Assembly: GCF_000142905.1 (NCBI RefSeq)
Contig: NW_013657672.1
Location: forward strand, 451,826 to 515,825
Source: Thecamonas trahens ATCC 50062
Lineage: Eukaryota; Protista; Apusomonadida
DNA: 64,000 bases
Direction of reading: 5' to 3'
Positions 60,062-64,000 of the stretch are shown here, piece by piece. Each line of letters starts with the position of its first letter. Positions within the stretch are counted from its first letter, which is position 1. Made by a program: the position numbers and the translations under genes. The notes beneath the pieces were generated by a model. The model had not been told where the DNA came from, did no database searches, and saw only the letters and a program-made list of their open reading frames with translations.

Positions 60062-63000
60062 CTACGATTGAGGCAAGGCCGGGTTGGGGAGGCCAGGGTC
60101 GACCACGCCGGGGTTAGCAGCGGTGGAGTTGAGAGCAGACTCCGACTGTTGAGCAGATGAGCGCGAGACCGAGGCTGAGGATGGGGCCGAGGCAGGCGGG
60201 GTGAGGCCGACAGAGGAAAATTCAAAGTCAAAGAACGACGAGTCGTAGATGGACGGCGAGGCGATGGCCGCGAGCGAGGCGTCGAGCGAGACGGACGGGA
60301 TGGAGCCAGACGAGGCGGTGTTGAGGGCCTGGATCTGACGCAGGTGGGCGTGCATGTGGGCAGCCGAGAGGGTGAGGCCCGGGAGGGCAGCAGAACCAGG
60401 CGCGGCCGGCGCGGTCGAGCGCGACGAGTCCGAGTTGCCACCAGTCGAGCCCGAGCCTTGGCTCCGTTGGTCATCCGGGTTCTTGGCAGAGCGCTGGGGG
60501 GCCGGTGCCGGCGTTGGGACAGTGAGCGGGACCGGGACTGGGTTGGGCGCGATCGACTTTGCCACATCCATAGGGGTAGGAACGGGGATGGGGACGGGAG
60601 GCTGCGCGTCCTTGGACGGGCCAGGGTGCGGCTGGCCTGTGGCGGAGGCCGGGGCGGTGTTGATGTCTGGCGGGGCCGAGCCAATGCCCGCACGGGCGAG
60701 CTCTGCGGGCGACGACGAAAAGGCGATGCGGAGGAGGGTGAGGAAAGCGCCGATGGTGCGGGACTGGGTGCCGGCCGAGACGGCGGCGACACCGCCAGCG
60801 AGGTTTGTGTCGCGGAAGAGAATGGCGATGTAGGCCTGGATGGCAAAAAGGGTCGAGTTGTTGAACATGACCGAGTAAAGGAGCGGCGAGGGACCTTCGC
60901 CGAGGAGCTCGGCGATGGCCGCGTTCATGGCTTCGAGGCCCGGCATAATGTTGGAGAGCATGATCTCGAGGAGCGCAATGTGGACCTTGAGCGTGTGGCG
61001 AAAGAGGACGAGGAAGGGGTCGGCCTCGAGGCTCTCGGTATCTTCGAGGTGCGACTTGAAGCGGACGAGGATGGCGGGGGCGCCAGCGCGGATGGTGTCG
61101 GTCCAATTGGGGACAGAGCCAAAGTTGGCACTGTCCTCCTCGGCGCGGCGGATGAGGGCGATGAGAAAGACGACCGAGGGCGAAGTGGGGGAGACGGGCC
61201 CGGTCATGGGGTTCCAAACCGAGAGGTCGAGGTTACGCTCGCCAAGGAAGGCAAGGAGCAGGGTTGACGCCTCGGCGACGAGCGGGAAGGTCGACCTCGA
61301 CATGGCGCCGACAAACGAGGCGAGAATGCGGGTAAATACTGGATAGAGGAGGTAGATGTCGTTGATGGCGGAGTGGAGCGTGGGCGGGTGTGGGACCTGC
61401 TCATGGGCTGCGACGCGGAGGCGAAGCATGCGGAAGAGCCACGCCTGGAGGCCGTGGAGGGTGAGCTCCGAGTCTGACGGGAGGCGCTCGATCGAAGCTG
61501 CGACGGACGACGGCGAGTCACAAGTCGGCGTTGACGAGCGCGCAACGCGGGTGCGTGACGACTCGAGGACAAAGAGGCCCTTGTTGGCGGCGGCGAGGCG
61601 AAGGATCATGTCGCGGGCCATGATGCCGTGAGCGCGGGCGCGCTGTGGCGAGCCGTCGAGGTAGTACATGGAAAAGAGGACATGGCAGATGACGGCCTCC
61701 TCCGAGACGACGCCCATGATGGAGCCGACAAGCTTTGAGGCCGAGTCTACCAAAAACTGGGCCGAGGCCAGGTCGTCGCGGATGAGGGCGCCGCCGGCCA
61801 TGATGAGGTGGACAAGGATCTCGCCAATGACTGGGATCCTGGGCACGGGCGATTCCGAGCCGCCGGGCAGGACAGCCGCGAGCTGGAGAGCTATCGAGCC
61901 AATCTTGAAAGGAATGATGCCGAGCGTGTGGTGGGTCATGCGGAGCATGTCTTGGACGTACTCACGTTCAGAGCCAATGACGCCGAGGACGGCAGACTGC
62001 TTGCCAAGCGGAGAGGAAACCGGCAGCCAGCCGAGGGTCCTTTGGCGCGACAGAGGCGGACCAGTTTGGGACAGCCCGCGGCCTGGAGCGCCCCGTTCTG
62101 GAGAACGAGCGGTGGTGTATGCTGCTGCGGGGGTGCCATACTCGAAGCCGAACCAGCAGACCCGGCCGAGCCGGCTGAGCCAGCGGAGCCGGCCGAAGCG
62201 CCCGAGCCTGGCGCTCGGAGCTGGGCCTGTTGACGAAGATGCTCATGGGCCTGCATCGACGCAGTCGGCGACAGTGTCGACTGCGACGGAAACGATGCCG
62301 CGACTCCGCCCATGCCTGCGAGTATTCGCTGGCTCTGGCTCTGCAGCAGCTGCAAGGCCTGCGGGTCGTGGCTCAGTGCGGACTCGCCGTGGTACTGCTG
62401 GTAGGCCTGGAACTCGTTTTGAACAGGTTGCCCTTGTACAGAGGCTGCACCCTGAGCCGCAGGTCGCTCTTGCTCCTGCGATGCTGGTCCGCTTCCCTGC
62501 CCATCTTGTGACTCGTGGAGCGGCGGCGAAGCTTGGAACTGCTGAGCATGAGCATGAGCATGAGCATGTGCTTGTGCTTGTGCTTGTGCTTGGTGCTCAA
62601 CATGGAGTTGCTGGGTCTGCAGCTGCTGCAGTTGCTGAAGCTGTTGGAGCTGCTGGGTCTGCACCTGCTGAGTCTGCATTTGGGCGAGTTGTTGCTGGGC
62701 AAGCTGCTGCTGGGCGATCACTTGCTGCAGCTGCTGCGGTGAGACTTGTTGACCGCCTTGCTGCGACGCTTGCTCAGCGGCGAGCTGGGCACTGGCAAGC
62801 TGCTGCATGCCGCGCTGTGTGGCGAGCGAGGTGGCATGGACCTGTTGCTGGGCCTGCTGAGCGTGTTGGCCCTTCTGAGCGTGCTGCGCTTGCTGCGCTT
62901 GCTGCGCTTGTTGAGTCTGCTCAACCTGTTGGGCCTGCTGCATCTGAAACCCGTACGCCATCTGGGCCATGTGCGGGTCGTTTGGCAGGCCGTTCATCGG

Positions 63001-63582
63001 GCTCGCATTCAAGGAGCCCATCGAGGGTAGGAGGATCGGGTCTGGCGAGAAGCCAACCTGGCCAGACATGCCCGGAATGCCTTGCATGGCGGGCATGGGA
63101 AGCATAGCTGGGTACCGCTGCGGCGCGGAGAGTGATGCCAACGGCTGCTGCACACCCGAGTTGCCGAGAACACCAAAGGTCGAGTGCGTGGTGGCAGCGC
63201 CGTTTTGCATGGTAGTCACCTTAACGGCCTTGAGTAGACCAATCTGGCCCTGGCCGACGGTCGAGCCGCGCGCTGTAGGCAGCGCAATGTGTGTAAACGT
63301 CATTGATGTCGGCCGGGCCTCGGAGAGCGGGGCCGAGGCCGCTGGCGGGAGGACGGTGACCGACGAGGCGTCGTCGATCGAGTCGCGCTTGCGCTTGCGA
63401 GGCCGGCCGCGCTTGCGGACGGGCAACGTTGTGGCGCAGTCGAGCTTGAGACGAATGCAGCGAATGCAAGCAATGTCTTCGTCCGAGTTCCACTCACACC
63501 TCCTCTTGCCCTTGCGGCACCGGTCGCAGGCCCTCGCCAAACTGTGTTCAAGGTTGTCGCCTGCGTTGCTACCACCACCCAT
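60062..63582 (-). CDS. Zn(II)2Cys6 transcription factor with AT-hook, Q-rich region and C-terminal helical domain; frame break near 62000
   Basis: ACDRCRKGKRRC......ACIRCIRLKLDC followed by RKRGRPRK. ORFs 61936-63852 and 60062-61948 join either by frameshift or by a possible intron at 61904-61965. Confidence 0.78.
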
Positions 63583-64000
63583 AGCGGCTACGAGAGGGAG
63601 ACGGGCGGGGGTGTAGCTGAGGGCGGGGAGGGTGCGGGGAGGGGGTGGGTGACTGTGGCAATGTGATGCGTGGAAGGGAGGGGGTGGTGGCTGGAGGGGT
63701 GGCGAGGAGAGTGTGTCGCCTGCTGTTCCGCAGCAAGGGTGCTTCCAGCTGCAAGAACGGGTCGAGGTGCGGGTGAAGGGCAAAAAGGTGTTGTCGTCAA
63801 AAAGGTCGAACAGCGTGACCATTTGTTGTGTTCGACCAGATGGTTGACCCATTGGTGACCCGGTTAGCTGTAGTACTCCTGCTTCCTGCCATCCACGGTG
63901 CTCTGTGGCGAGGTAGGTGGTAGTCTGCTGTGGGTTTAGGTGTATGAGTGCGTTTAGTGGGGGCGGGGGGGGGGGGGGGCGTCCGAGGCTTAGGCATGGT

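Noticed and set aside
61904-61965. GTGAGT...AAG intron that would join the Zn2Cys6 ORFs
   Set aside because: Not adopted as established: the segment reads as good coding sequence in the downstream frame and the donor is atypical for this window; a frameshift is at least as likely.

Overview
GC-rich, gene-dense, intron-poor nuclear DNA from a unicellular eukaryote. The gene set (flagellar-type TTLL, Zn2Cys6 TF, MICAL, plexin-like receptor) and composition suggest an early amorphean protist such as an apusomonad (Thecamonas-like); this is inference only. About 26 protein genes are supported: VPS13 (3' part), a CINP-like ORF, a coiled-coil protein, beta-COP, a plexin-like receptor, a MICAL-type monooxygenase, TTLL6/13, TIM22, a CNBD K+ channel, class-3 lipase, HAT1, ATG8, DUSP, a small membrane ORF, PIG-Q, an orphan TM protein, PSMB2, an RPP38/L7Ae protein, an F-box protein, an orphan, a tandem SCP2 protein, ELG1/ATAD5, NUP153-like, Kish, an MFS transporter, RAB2, ATXN7/Sgf73 and a Zn2Cys6 TF. 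No rRNA, tRNA, CRISPR or transposon was recognised. Most striking: a plexin-architecture receptor (propeller-(PSI-IPT)n-TM-RasGAP) lies head-to-head with a MICAL monooxygenase about 0.35-0.4 kb away; in animals these are receptor and effector of the same actin-disassembly pathway. Also notable: about 10 single-base frameshifts at short homopolymers (probably assembly errors), two divergent ORFs sharing one CATG, a 13-nt microexon, and an F-box protein with a possible degenerate RasGAP domain. All homology calls come from motif recognition by eye, not database searches.
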